Source of the DNA: Candidatus Doudnabacteria bacterium
GTDB taxonomy: Bacteria > Patescibacteriota > Doudnabacteria > UBA920
DNA: 64,000 nt
Assembly: GCA_963788395.1 (NCBI GenBank)
Contig: CAWBGV010000031.1
Coordinates: 7,116 to 71,115 of the forward strand
Direction: 5' to 3'
Shown: piece after piece, positions 44,926-55,600 of the stretch
How the letters are laid out: the number at the start of each line of letters is the position of its first letter
Position numbering within the stretch: position 1 is the first letter of the stretch
Position numbers and translations under genes: made by a program
The notes under the pieces: generated by a model
Seen by the model: the letters and a program-made list of their open reading frames with translations, nothing else
Told to the model about the DNA's origin: nothing
Databases searched by the model: none

Positions 44926-45300
44926 TTTTGTATGCTGGGTAATGGAAAAGGTCTCTTTATGGGGACGGTTGAGTTTGCTGCCAAGATTCCGGGGTGATAC
45001 CGGTTTGTCATTTTCAGCCCGTGCTGATAAGACGGGACTCAACTCCCCACCAGTTCGGAGTAGATGAAAATAATCTATGATAGGATTTTTTGTCATAGTT
45101 TAGGGTCTTACCACCCACCTATCAACTCCGTTCCGAAGGAGGGTTAAGTGTGTCTCATTATTGACGGTGGCAAGATCGTCAGTTGTGAAAAGTAGCGATA
45201 GTTTGCGTTGGGAGGTGCTTTCTCCTTTCGTCGCTATGACATTCTCCCTCCTTCGGGAAATATTATAAAATATTTCCCTTCATTACCCAGCATATTAAAA
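44926..45300 (+). other. 23S expansion segment (~375 nt, structured, probably the helix 63 variable region)
   Basis: Closed by ttttgtatgctgggtaatgg (44926-44945) pairing with cattacccagcatattaaaa (45281-45300). It contains internal hairpins such as gggaaatatt-ataa-aatatttccc, has no ORF, and shows no group I core motifs. Confidence 0.6.
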
Positions 45301-45462
45301 GGGCCCGCAGCGAAAGACCTCTCCCGACTGTTTACCAAAAACTTAGGTCCGTGCTAAAGCGCAAGCTGATGTATACGGGCTGATGCCTGGCCAGTGTCAG
45401 AAGGTTAAACCGGTTGGCGCAAGCTGATCGGCCAAGCCCTGATGAACGCCGGCAGTAACTAT

Positions 45463-46198
45463 GAAAGTTGTAGTTATAAAATTCGACCATTTGCGGGAAA
45501 CACTGTGCACGCGTGGACAACGACGTGCTTAAAGCTTGTAATACTCGTCTGAAAAATGGCAGTAAAAATTTACAAGATACAGTCAATCCGCAGGAAAGTT
45601 TCATTAAAGATCCATAAGGAGAACAAAATTATGGATCAAACCTGGCTTAAACAAATTCCTTTAGAAAAAGGTTATTACTTTGCTGGTTTCACTGATGGTG
45701 AGGGAAGCTTTAACGTTTCAATGCGTAAGCGGCCTGACCATACTATGAAATGGCAAATAATACTAACCTTTAATGTATCACAACGCGACCCTGTAGTGCT
45801 TTCAGAAATGAAGCGTTACTTAGGTTGCGGGAGATTCCTAAAGCGCAAAGATGGGGTGAACTGTTATATAGTTCAAAATCCGTCAGCCATCCAAGAACGG
45901 GTAATACCGTTCTTTAAGAAGTTTTCTTTTTTATCTTCAAATAAAAAAAAGAATTTCTCAATTTTTACTCAAATTGCTGAAATGGTATTTGGTAAACAAC
46001 ATCTTACAAAGATGGTTTGCTAAAAATCATTCAATTAAGGGAAACCTTAAATGAAGGCAAAGGGCGAAAGAGAAAATATAATTTAGTAGATTATCAAGGA
46101 TCTACAAATGAAACCCCTCAACGACTAAACGCCGAATCCGCCGAAATGGCGGAATGATATAGTCTGATCTTCATAGAAATATGAAGTTAACACACATG
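45463..46198 (+). mobile_element. Group I intron with LAGLIDADG homing-endonuclease gene, inserted in 23S helix 69 after the U equivalent to E. coli U1917
   Basis: Exon sequence ggcagtaactaT | ... G | aactgtcctatggtaagcgaaattcc restores the conserved GUAACUAU-AACGGUCCUAAGGUAGCGAAAUUCC block. The 5' exon ends in U and the intron ends in G. R-like tcaacgactaaa at 46118-46129 and S-like gatatagtc at 46156-46164. Confidence 0.8.
45631..46023 (+). CDS. LAGLIDADG homing endonuclease (single-motif, I-CreI-like), C-terminus truncated by a 1-nt frameshift
   Basis: AAGGAG SD 9 nt upstream, and motif YYFAGFTDGEGSF. The frame stops at 46021-46023 (HLTKMVC*), but the +1 frame continues DGLLKIIQLRETLNEGKGRKRKYNLVDY...AEMAE* to 46157, the typical family C-terminus. 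The A-run at 46008-46010 is one A short. Confidence 0.85.
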   Translation: MDQTWLKQIPLEKGYYFAGFTDGEGSFNVSMRKRPDHTMKWQIILTFNVSQRDPVVLSEMKRYLGCGRFLKRKDGVNCYIVQNPSAIQERVIPFFKKFSFLSSNKKKNFSIFTQIAEMVFGKQHLTKMVC

Positions 46199-46782
46199 AA
46201 CTGTCCTATGGTAAGCGAAATTCCTTGTCGCGTAAGTTGCGACCCGCACGAATGGCATAACGAGTAGAGGACTGTCTTAACGAACATTCCGATGAATTTA
46301 CAATGGCGGTAAAGATGCCGTCTACCCGCAGCAAGACGGAAAGACCCTATGAAGCTTTACTATAGCGTGTCATTGCAGTTTTATTTTTATTGTTTAGCCT
46401 AGGTGGGAGACTTTGAAAGCTCGGCGCTAGCTGAGCCGGAGTCAAACGGTGAAATACCACCCTGTAAAGATGAAACTGCTAACCAAGGCTTAACCTACTT
46501 TGGGACAGTGGCTCGTGGGTAGTTTAACTGGGGCGGTTGCCTCCTAAATGGTAACGGAGGCGTTTATTAAGGTAGGCTAGGCGCGGATGGAAATCGCGCT
46601 GGTAGTGCATACGCATAAGCCTGCTTGACTGCAAGGGCGGCGACCCGCGCAGGTACGAAAGTAGAAGTAAGTGATCCGATGCGTTCGAGTGGAAGACGCA
46701 AAGCCCAACGGATAAAAGTTACTCTAGGGATAACAGGCTGATCCTCTCCAAGAGTCCACATCGACGAGAGGGTTTGGCACCT

Positions 46783-47212
46783 TAACATATCGGGGTGCAT
46801 GGACAGCAATGTCCTTCCTAGTTTTTTCGTCCGTCTGTCCCGTTTTATAACGGGATGATAATAAATCGAAGAAACAATAAATAAATTCGGCTTATAACGG
46901 TGAACCCGTAATTACTCATGTGAGAATTTAAAGTTCTGAGTAAATGGAAATACCGTGGGAACCCAACACTTTTTCAGTGAATGCGAGAGTTGGAAAAGGT
47001 GTTGGAGGCAACAAATTTCGTGGGACGTATCAGTGAGTACACGAAAAGTGTTGGGCCCGTAACGACTGACCCGAAAGGGGAGATTTAAATTTATAAATTT
47101 AAATAATACGCCGACTCTTATCACAAAAAAAGCAGGTGATGGTAGCATAAGTACCTAATACCGCTGATAAGATGAAGATATAGTCTGCACCATATGAAAG
47201 TATGGAATTATG
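46783..47212 (+). mobile_element. ORF-less group I intron in the 23S peptidyl-transferase-centre region (near E. coli U2500); boundaries +/-3 nt
   Basis: The conserved block gtttggcacct is interrupted and resumes at (t)acgatgtcggctcatcacatcctgggg. R-like gtaacgactgac at 47059-47070 and S-like agatatagtc at 47176-47185. No ORF longer than 60 aa in sense. Confidence 0.7.
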
Positions 47213-47244
47213 TACGATGTCGGCTCATCACATCCTGGGGGTGA

Positions 47245-47281
<37 letters not shown>

Positions 47282-48091
47282 TGGTACGCGAGCTGGGTTC
47301 AAAACGTCGTGAGACAGTTTGGTCCTTATCTGCTGTGGGTGTACGAAACTTGAGTAGTCGCGTCTCTAGTACGAGAGGACCGAGACGCATAGACCTCTGG
47401 TGTACCCGTTGTCGCGTCCGCGGCATGGCGGGGTAGCTAGGTCTAGTTCGGATAAACGCTGAAGGCATATAAGCGTGAAGCCGTCTACAAAACTAGGTTT
47501 CGTTTTACGTAGTAATACGTAAGAAAGGTTCGGGGAAGACTACCCCGTAACAACGTAGTATTTTGTATTAAGTATCGAGTATTATGTAGCAATACATAAT
47601 ACAAAATACAAGATACGGTATACTATTTTATAGGCTGCAGGTGTACGCACAGTAATGTGTTTAGCCGAGCAGTACTAATCAACCGAAAGTTTTAATCTTA
47701 TATTGACTAGCGATTTGTGATCCACAAAAATTATCTTAATAGCGGATCATCCGCCGTAGTTTTTAGCGAAGGCGGATGACGCTGGAGATTTTAGTGTTCA
47801 CGTATATACAATGTTCAAACACAATCTGAAAATGTTAGCGCTCATAGGAGCACTTTTAGCGGTATTAGGACTCTTTTTTGTTCTTTCCACAAACGCAATA
47901 GCGTTAATAAAATAAGCAACTAAAGGCCTTCCTCGTCACTCTTTATTAAAGGGGCCCCCAAATTGCTTTTCACACTTTGTTTTTTCGAGCGAGAGCGAGA
48001 AAAAAAAGAGAAAAGGAATTTGGGGAAGAGGAGCACTTTATGAAGGCGGCACAAAAGAAATTTTTAATTTCTTTTGTGAAGCCGGAATAAA

Positions 48092-48213
48092 GGGCGACGA
48101 GGGTGACATTTCCAGCGTGGTCCGTACCTGATCCCTTCCCGAACTCAGCAGTAAAACACGCTTGGGCCGATGATAGTCCTACGCATGTAGGTGCAAAAGT
48201 AGGTGGTTGCCCG
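48092..48213 (+). rRNA. rrf: 5S rRNA
   Basis: gggcgacgagggtgac...gcgtggtccgtacctgatcccttcccgaactcagcagtaaaacacgcttgggccgatgatagtcc...aaagtaggtggttgccc matches 5S loop A/B/C/E consensus blocks (CCGAACUCAG, GCCGAUGGUAGU-like). Confidence 0.9.
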
Positions 48214-48220
48214 TTATATA

Positions 48221-48254
48221 AAAGACCGAACGTCAATCGTACGGTCTTTTTTAT
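48221..48254 (+). terminator. Rho-independent terminator of the 23S-5S operon
   Basis: aaagaccgaacg-tcaat-cgtacggtcttttttatttt. Confidence 0.7.
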
Positions 48255-48489
48255 TTTCTGGCTTATTTTTTAAAAACTGCCCTTACTACAGTAAAAAAAT
48301 ATTTTATCACCCTCGTTTAAACTATGAATCGACTTTTTGGGGATAAAAAAGCTCGACCAGCCACCGCCTGTTTGTTACACTTGATATACTAAATCCTTAT
48401 GGCGTGAATGGGATTTTTTTGTGTCGTTTGATTTCTTTTTTACTAAATATTAATCTTTTCGGAAATCAAGACTAAAATAATTAAACAAA

Positions 48490-51126
48490 ATGAAAATGAA
48501 AATCAGTATTTCGCGAATTGCAGTAGCGGTCTTGGCCGTGGTTTTAGGCCTGGAACCGGTAACCGTAAGTTATGTCCAAGCTGCGAGTATTGTCCATCAA
48601 GTAAGCCTGCCTTCGGGGGACAGCTGGTGTGATGATTCTCTGATTAATGGTTTGTTTAGTGATATTAACAGCTACCGCACCCAGCACGGCGTAGCTGCGC
48701 TGTCCATGGATACTTTGGGCATGGAAGACGCCGAACTTCGGGTGGTGCAGTTTAGTCAGTATATGACCACGCACCAGCCGAGTGATCCCGGCTTTGACCC
48801 TCATACAGGTTACGATACTACAGCGGCTTCGATCGGTTATAATTTGGTCAGCGAAAATTTAGCCTACATGACAACCGATCCTGCGTATGTAGTTAACGTG
48901 GCTTGGGATGACAGTTTGCACATTGCCGCTCTGTTGGCTTCCAACGCTAACGTTATGGGCGTCTCTTGTATTTATGCCAATGGTACGGCCTATTGGAGCT
49001 ATGAGCCGGGCTATAACGCTTCGGCTGTCTTGCCAACCCCCACTCCTAGTCCCACGCCCACCGTGACTCCAACTCCCACCCCAACTGGTACTACTCCAAG
49101 TTTAACTGCCGAAGAGGCTGAGTTCCTGACTCTAATAAATCAATATCGGGCTCAGAATGGCGCGGGACCGCTGCAAGTTTCGGCTGCTTTGGAAAATTCC
49201 TCCACGTGGATGAGTAATGATATGGCCACGAATAATTATTCCAGCCATACCGACAGTTTGGGCAGAAGTGCGGCCCAGCGTTTGGCCGCGTTTGGGTATC
49301 CCTATTCTCCGTGGGGCGAGAACATCGCCGGCGGTTTTAGCGACGCTCAAAGCGTACTGACCGGCTGGGAAAACGTCTGCGATCCCAATGCTTCCGGCAC
49401 CTGCACCTATGCGCACAGAGCCAATATGCTTAATCCCAGTTTCCAGGTAATCGGTATTGGCGAGGCCTACAGCGCCACCTCGACGTATGGCTGGTACTGG
49501 ACAACGGATTTTGGCGGAGTAGTTGATCAGACTATTAGCAGTTCACCTTCTCCGACCCCCACCCCGACCCCCACACCTTCTAATGGCTTGGCATTTACCA
49601 CTCCTCAGAATGGTCAAACCATTTCCGGGCTCACCGGTGTTTCGGTAATATTTCCGAATGCAGCGAGTAATATTAACACAACGTTGAGTGTGGATGGCGG
49701 CACGCCGTTTGCCATGTATTGGGATGGTAAAGGCTATAGTATTCTGTTAAACACCAATGTCATGAAAGTTGGACCGCATACGTTAACCGCTACCGTAACG
49801 TACCCAAATAATAGCACGCTCTCAACTACCATAGACGTTACCGTATCCACTAGCGCGTCGCCCACTCCAACTCCAACTCCAACTCCTACACCTACAGTTG
49901 TTTCCACACCGACCCCTAGACCTACTTCTACCCCCACACCGACCCCGACCCCAACCCCGTCGTCAGCTCCGACTCCCACTCCCACCCCGACAGCCATTCC
50001 GACCGGCATTAACGGTTCTCTTACCGGCCATCTCGATGGAGTCACCAGCAACGGAACTATTTATGGTTGGGCGGAAGATATGAGCAATACGTCTTCTCCG
50101 GTAAAGGTTAGTATGTTCGTCGATGATAACTTTAGCACGTCTACTATTGCTTCGTCGACTCAGACTAGCGGCACAAGCGGCGGCTCTACTATAATTAACG
50201 GCAATAGTTGTGACATGAGCCTGCTCAGCCAGAATACAGCCCTACTATTATTACCGATTAATTTAGCTTGTGCTACCATTAACAGGCAATTTGTTGGAAA
50301 AATTAATTATTTGGGGACCAATGGCATTTGCTATCATGCCGATTGGAACGGTACCAGCCCGGTAGCCTGTACTCCTACTACGCCAATGCTGCCTAATGGA
50401 CAACTACCGAGCCCCTTTGATCCGACCTTTAATTGGAACGCGGCCCAGGCTCATTGCTATTACACTCAAGGCGATACCGGCAACGGCGCATATTACGGCG
50501 GTAGTTCGGAAAAAATATGCGGCCTGGGAGGCAGTGATCCGCGTTCGGCCAGCCACGTAGCCGTAATTTTAACCGTAATCAACGGCGGCGGAACTGCGGT
50601 TCCGGTCGGTACTGCCACGGCTTCAACCTATCGGTCCGACGTTGGTGACCATGCCTTTAATTTTACGCTCCCATCTGCTTATTTGGATGGTAAAACCCAC
50701 ACGGTTTGGGTTTGGGCAACCAGCCTGGCCGATACCAGCGGCGGTTACGATTTGCAGCTGCCGGGATCTCCGGTTTCCTTTACCTATAGCACGACTACTC
50801 CAACTCCAACCCCAATTCCGACACCAACACCTTCCCCAACCCCAACTCCGACGCCAAACCAACCGCTATCTTTTGTTAATTTGGCTAATGGTGCGACTAT
50901 TTCGGGTCTAACAGGAGTTGTAGCTCAGGCCTCGTTTAGTCCTACATCTGTTAGTCTTTCGGTAGATAATGGTACCCCGATAACTTTGTATTGGAGCGGA
51001 TCCGGCTACAGCACGCTGGTTAATACTTCCCGATTGGCAAATGGGATTCACACGCTGTCTTTGGAAGCCACCGACCAATCCGGAAAAAATTATACCGCCA
51101 CTATTAGTGTTACAGTAAAAAATTAA
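48490..51126 (+). CDS. Secreted multidomain protein (878 aa): two CAP/SCP domains, three Ig-like modules, an HLDG/YRSDVG module, Pro/Thr linkers
   Basis: Signal peptide [34 protein letters not shown] domains: ...[13 protein letters not shown]... and [61 protein letters not shown]...GENIA...[18 protein letters not shown]. (TP)n linkers at about 49030-49090, 49545-49580, 49860-49990 and 50790-50860. Confidence 0.85.
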   Translation: MKMKISISRIAVAVLAVVLGLEPVTVSYVQAASIVHQVSLPSGDSWCDDSLINGLFSDINSYRTQHGVAALSMDTLGMEDAELRVVQFSQYMTTHQPSDPGFDPHTGYDTTAASIGYNLVSENLAYMTTDPAYVVNVAWDDSLHIAALLASNANVMGVSCIYANGTAYWSYEPGYNASAVLPTPTPSPTPTVTPTPTPTGTTPSLTAEEAEFLTLINQYRAQNGAGPLQVSAALENSSTWMSNDMATNNYSSHTDSLGRSAAQRLAAFGYPYSPWGENIAGGFSDAQSVLTGWENVCDPNASGTCTYAHRANMLNPSFQVIGIGEAYSATSTYGWYWTTDFGGVVDQTISSSPSPTPTPTPTPSNGLAFTTPQNGQTISGLTGVSVIFPNAASNINTTLSVDGGTPFAMYWDGKGYSILLNTNVMKVGPHTLTATVTYPNNSTLSTTIDVTVSTSASPTPTPTPTPTPTVVSTPTPRPTSTPTPTPTPTPSSAPTPTPTPTAIPTGINGSLTGHLDGVTSNGTIYGWAEDMSNTSSPVKVSMFVDDNFSTSTIASSTQTSGTSGGSTIINGNSCDMSLLSQNTALLLLPINLACATINRQFVGKINYLGTNGICYHADWNGTSPVACTPTTPMLPNGQLPSPFDPTFNWNAAQAHCYYTQGDTGNGAYYGGSSEKICGLGGSDPRSASHVAVILTVINGGGTAVPVGTATASTYRSDVGDHAFNFTLPSAYLDGKTHTVWVWATSLADTSGGYDLQLPGSPVSFTYSTTTPTPTPIPTPTPSPTPTPTPNQPLSFVNLANGATISGLTGVVAQASFSPTSVSLSVDNGTPITLYWSGSGYSTLVNTSRLANGIHTLSLEATDQSGKNYTATISVTVKN

Positions 51127-51135
51127 TCATTATTT

Positions 51136-51169
51136 TAAAAAGCTCCTTCATTTTTGAAGGAGCTTTTTC
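51136..51169. terminator. Bidirectional rho-independent terminator
   Basis: aaaaagctccttca-tttt-tgaaggagcttttt between convergent genes. Confidence 0.7.
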
Positions 51170-51177
51170 ATGACTGT

Positions 51178-51516
51178 TTAGTTTGCACCTAATTGTTTGC
51201 GAATTTTATCTATTTCTTGGGTGTCCTGCTGTTTTAAGGTTTCTTTGTGGGCGGCTTTGACCTCATCTTCCAGTAAGCTGTATTCGTTTTCGATGCTTTT
51301 AAGATTTTCCGATAGTTCAAATTCAATTTTTTGAATAGCAGCTTCCGATTCTTTTTCGAATTCGGTTACGGAGCTGTCGATGATGTCCCGGACTTTTTCC
51401 AGAATCCCTTGATTGACCCCCTGTTGTTTAATGGCATTTAAAAGCTCCTGTTTAACCGAATCTTCGGCATACAAGTTTTGGATCAGCTGGGTGGTGCGGG
51501 TAGATACATCTGTCAT
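51178..51516 (-). CDS. Hypothetical acidic coiled-coil protein
   Basis: 112 aa, E/K/Q-rich with a heptad-like pattern and no TM segment. It sits 6 nt downstream of the preceding gene on the same strand. Confidence 0.55.
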   Translation of the reverse strand: MTDVSTRTTQLIQNLYAEDSVKQELLNAIKQQGVNQGILEKVRDIIDSSVTEFEKESEAAIQKIEFELSENLKSIENEYSLLEDEVKAAHKETLKQQDTQEIDKIRKQLGAN

Positions 51517-51522
51517 AAGAGT

Positions 51523-52422
51523 TTAAGCGGCCTGGGTGCGTTGAGCCTGGCGATTATTTAGATCTTTATGAATCAATTTAGCGGTGTTTTGCAGGAGTGT
51601 GAGTTTTTCCGCCATTACTCCAATATTTTTTAAACCATCGATAATTCTTAAGCCATTCTGGAGATTTTCTTTAGAAACCTTGCCATTTTGGAAATCATTG
51701 ATCATCTCGGAATTAGCAATACCAAGAGCTTTTAAATATTCGGCAAAACGTTTGTAGGTTTGCCGCCGACCTTCCGTGGTCTCGCGCTGTTCTCTTTGAT
51801 TGATGGCGGTAACTTTCGGTTCTTTATCTTCGGATTGTTCATCCGTCCATTCTACTCCCGGATCTTTATTTTCCCGGTAGGGATTTTCATCTTCACTTTC
51901 AGCGGCCGGAGTTGCTAAGGTTTCATAATCGCCTTCGTGTTGGTTGGTCCATTCATCTCCCAGCTCAGCTATGATTTCCTGTTGTTGCTCCAAAGTTTGA
52001 CCCAGCTGTTCAACTTGCGATAATCGTTGTTCGGCTAATTGCTCTGCGGCTTGAGCTTTGGCTAGTAAGGCTTCATACCGACCCCGGGTAGTTTCCTCTT
52101 GCGGGATAACTGAAAGCACTTCCGATTTAGGCAAATGAATTTTTTCCCGCAGCGATTTGCCATAGGCTTTAATTTTTTCTTTTGCTTGGCCAAGTTTTTC
52201 GCGAATATGGGGGAATGGGCCGCCTTGTTCGTGGAAATTGCGGTTTCGTTCCCGGTCTTGTTGGCTTAAGTTTAAATCTAAAGAGAGAATCGCGTCATTG
52301 TCGCGATTTTTATATTCTGCTTTCATGGCGGTCTGGTCTTCTGCTTTGGTTTTGGCTGCTTCTTCTGCCAGGTTTTGCTTAAGTTCTCCGCCAGGCGTTA
52401 TGCCGTAGCCTTTAAATTCCAT
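51523..52422 (-). CDS. Hypothetical highly charged coiled-coil protein
   Basis: 299 aa, E/Q/K/R-rich (AQAAEQLAEQRLSQVEQLGQTLEQQQEIIAELGDEW), with no TM segment or signal peptide. No recognisable family. Confidence 0.6.
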   Translation of the reverse strand: MEFKGYGITPGGELKQNLAEEAAKTKAEDQTAMKAEYKNRDNDAILSLDLNLSQQDRERNRNFHEQGGPFPHIREKLGQAKEKIKAYGKSLREKIHLPKSEVLSVIPQEETTRGRYEALLAKAQAAEQLAEQRLSQVEQLGQTLEQQQEIIAELGDEWTNQHEGDYETLATPAAESEDENPYRENKDPGVEWTDEQSEDKEPKVTAINQREQRETTEGRRQTYKRFAEYLKALGIANSEMINDFQNGKVSKENLQNGLRIIDGLKNIGVMAEKLTLLQNTAKLIHKDLNNRQAQRTQAA

Positions 52423-52487
52423 ATTTTGATTTCTAATCGGTTTGTAGTTTGAATATATTATAACATTATGTTTAAATTTTTTCCAAT

Positions 52488-52516
52488 TTGCCTTTTTCCT
52501 TCACCTGTGCTATAAT
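52488..52516 (+). promoter_or_regulatory. Sigma70-type promoter (TTGCCT-N17-TATAAT)
   Basis: -35 at 52488-52493 and -10 at 52511-52516, upstream of the 1233-aa gene. Confidence 0.5.
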
Positions 52517-52603
52517 ATCTATACAAATAAGCAAACATTCTCCTTCACCAAAATCAGTGAGAGGGGAGTATAGAAACAAAATAACAACTAAATAGCTTTT
52601 CTT

Positions 52604-55600
52604 ATGAAAAAAAGCCTGTTCGGCCCCTTAGGCTTAGTCCTAACGGCAGCCTTTAGCTTAGTGGTTTGTATATATATAGGCAGTCAAACCTCCCAAACCC
52701 TGTCTTACCTGGACAGTAACACCGCCAGCTCTGGATTAGCCCTATCCACCCAATCCCTCAGTCTAGAACAGGGGATAGTTCATGGTATCCATTACGGCTC
52801 AGTCTTAGGCCTGTCCACCATAGCCCAGACTACGGGAGTCAGTATTACCGCTCCTGCCAGTGGTGCGGTCATCTCAGGACTCGTAGGAGTGGATGCTTCA
52901 GCCTATGGCTTTACCCCCATAAGCTCAGGAGCAAGCAGCGGTGTTACCCTCCAGGTAGACAGTAAAACTCCCCTGCAGATGACTGTCTACTCCAGAGGTA
53001 CCAACACCTCAGGCTACGACGTATCCTTTAAGGTCAGTTCCTACAGTTTAGCCAATGGTCCCCATACCCTAACCGTTACAGCCATAGGACCTTCCCAGAG
53101 CTATACCGCTTCCGAGACTGTCTACGTAGGCACAGCTCCTACTCCTACTCCAACTGTTACCCCTACTCCAACTCCTACATCCATACCTACCATAACCCCT
53201 ACTCCCACTCCCAAGCCTACAGCCACTCCTACACCCACCCCAACTCCTACAACAGTACCAACTCCAACTCCCACTACAACAGTAACCCCTACTCCTACAG
53301 CTGTACCTACTCCTACTCCCCAAGGAAGCTTAGTTACCCCCTGGAAGACCCTGTCAACCAATATATTAGGTACCGGAGCCTATGACTACAACTCAGGCTA
53401 TAGCTTTACTGTCCTACAGAGTGGCCAGGTTACCCAAGTTTCCCTAAGGACAGCCGATACCTCTGCCCATACAGTCAGGCTGTATAGCTCAAACGGTATT
53501 GTCTTAGCCAGTACTACCTTAACCTCTATCCCAAATACCTGGGTAACTGCCAGTATTGTTCCCATAACCCTAAACCAAGGACAGACCTATACCATAGCTG
53601 AACGCTTAACCTCAGGAGGCGTCCAGCGTTACTACTATGAGCATACCAGTTTCCCCCAGACCATAGGGAACATTAAGATTAACAGTTCTGTTTACATATA
53701 CGCCTCCAACAACATCCCTGTCTACACCAATACTACCTACATGTATGGTCAGGCTGATATTGGGTTTGTGAGTGGGGTAGTTCCTACACCGATACCTACA
53801 CCGACTCCAATTCCCACAGTTACTCCTACGCCTACGCCAACTGTTACACCAACGCCAACCACTACACCAAGTCCAACACCAACACCTACTCCCACCCCCA
53901 CTCCCACACCTACTCCTACACCTACCCCGACACCTACACCGACTCCTACTGTTACTCCTACTCCAACACCTACACCAACCCCAACTCCCACCGACACTGA
54001 CCCTACTGGTCATTTAGATGGAGTTAAGACTGATGGTACGGTCTATGGCTGGAGTCAGGATCCGGATAATACCTCTGTAGCCAACAACGTAGATATCTAT
54101 ATTGACAAGAACGCCGGAACAGCAGGAGCTACCCCGCTTGTCAGGGTCTTAGCCAACCAGTACCGTTCAGACGTTGGTAATCACGCCTTTAACTATGTTC
54201 TCCCCAGTAATTACTTTGATGGCCTAACCCACCAGGCCTGGGTCTGGGGTGTTGACTTAACCGATACCACAGGAGCTCATAACAGCCAACTCCCAGGATC
54301 ACCTCTATCCTTTAGCTTACCGGCTCCGACACCTACCCCAACACCTACCCCAACGCCAAGTCCTACTCCAACAGCTGTTCCCACTCCCACTCCAACACCT
54401 ACGCCTACACCAACTCCCACTCCAACACCTACGCCTACACCAACTCCCACTCCAACACCTACGCCTACACCAACTCCCACTCCAACACCTACGCCAGTAA
54501 CAGGCGCACCGGTTATTAATTTTTTTACAGCTAGCGCTTCCACAGTGAATTTGGGTTACTACTCTACTTTGTCTTGGAATACTACTGGCTCTAATACTAC
54601 AACAATAACCAGTACTGGTATTCTCACCAATTTGGCCAACAATGCAGGAACTTTAGGGAGCTATGGTTCTACGAATCAATACCCCTCTCAAACAACAACT
54701 TATATTTTGACTGCCTCTAACAACTTAGGGACTGTCACAGCACAGCTTACAGTAACCGTTATTCAACCGAGTGTACCTGACACACAGCCGCCAACAGTTC
54801 CAACAAAATTGTCTGTATCTACAAATTACTCCACTTCTCAATCTTATCTTATGTGGCAGCCCTCGACAGATAATTATCTGGTTGCCGGATATCAAATATA
54901 CAGAAATGGAAATTTACTAGCTACGGTTGATGGTCAAACCGGTTATTATTTTGATACCACCACAGCCCCATCCAATAATTACAATTATCAAGTTAGGGCC
55001 TTTGATTCGGCGGCCAACTTCTCTGCTCTAAGCAACCCGGCCTATCTTACAGTACCACCTCAAGTTATCTTTTTTACGGCAAGTCAATCCGCATCCATCA
55101 TACTTGGACAATCAGTAACTTTGTCTTGGCAGGTAATTGGCATCCCCCCCGGCTCTATATATTTAGAAGATGGTCAGGTAGATACATTTCCGGATATCAC
55201 TAATTTGAATTCCCTAACGATCAAACCACAAATAACGACTACGTATTATTTATTTACAACATTTAATGGAGCGAACAATGTTCAGGCTTTGCAAGTTGTA
55301 GTTAATCCGGATACTGTGCCTCCGACTACGCCGGTTTTGAGCGCTCAGGCTACTAATTGGAACCAGGTCAGTTTATCTTGGACGCCGAGCACCGATAGTA
55401 TCGGTATCAATGCTTACTATGTATATCGCAATCGGTCACTCCTCACTACCGTAAACAGTTCCGTCACAAGCTACATTGATACCAACCTAAATGCTATTCC
55501 CAATACTACGGATACTTACTATGTCGAAGCATCGAATATAGACGGACTCCATTCAAATAGTAATGCCGTTACAGTAACTATTCCCGCTCCGGCCGTAACC

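Noticed and set aside
47700-48091. A functional element in the ~390-nt 23S-5S spacer
   Set aside because: Several stems are visible: catccgccgtag...cgaaggcggatg; ccccaaattgcttttc...gaaaaggaatttgggg; and cctcgtcactctttatt pairing with the 5S 5' end. These are most simply precursor-processing structures. There is no tRNA or ORF support.
47970-48236. 88-aa minus-strand ORF
   Set aside because: It overlaps the 5S rRNA gene and its precursor stem.
54383-54495. A CRISPR array (also considered for the tandem-unit hairpins at 15011-15105, 22550-22700 and 42033-42425)
   Set aside because: The repeats are directly abutting with no unique spacers. They lie inside a coding PT linker or form self-complementary hairpins, and there are no cas genes.
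49734-54543. Antisense ORFs encoding (GV)n / (GVGVGT)n or Arg/Cys/Trp-rich repeats (49734-50051, 53069-53361, 53612-54013, 53749-53997, 54277-54543, 56743-57123)
   Set aside because: They are the reverse-complement or off-frame shadows of the (ACN-CCN)n Pro/Thr linker DNA in the sense-strand surface-protein genes. They have no independent start context.
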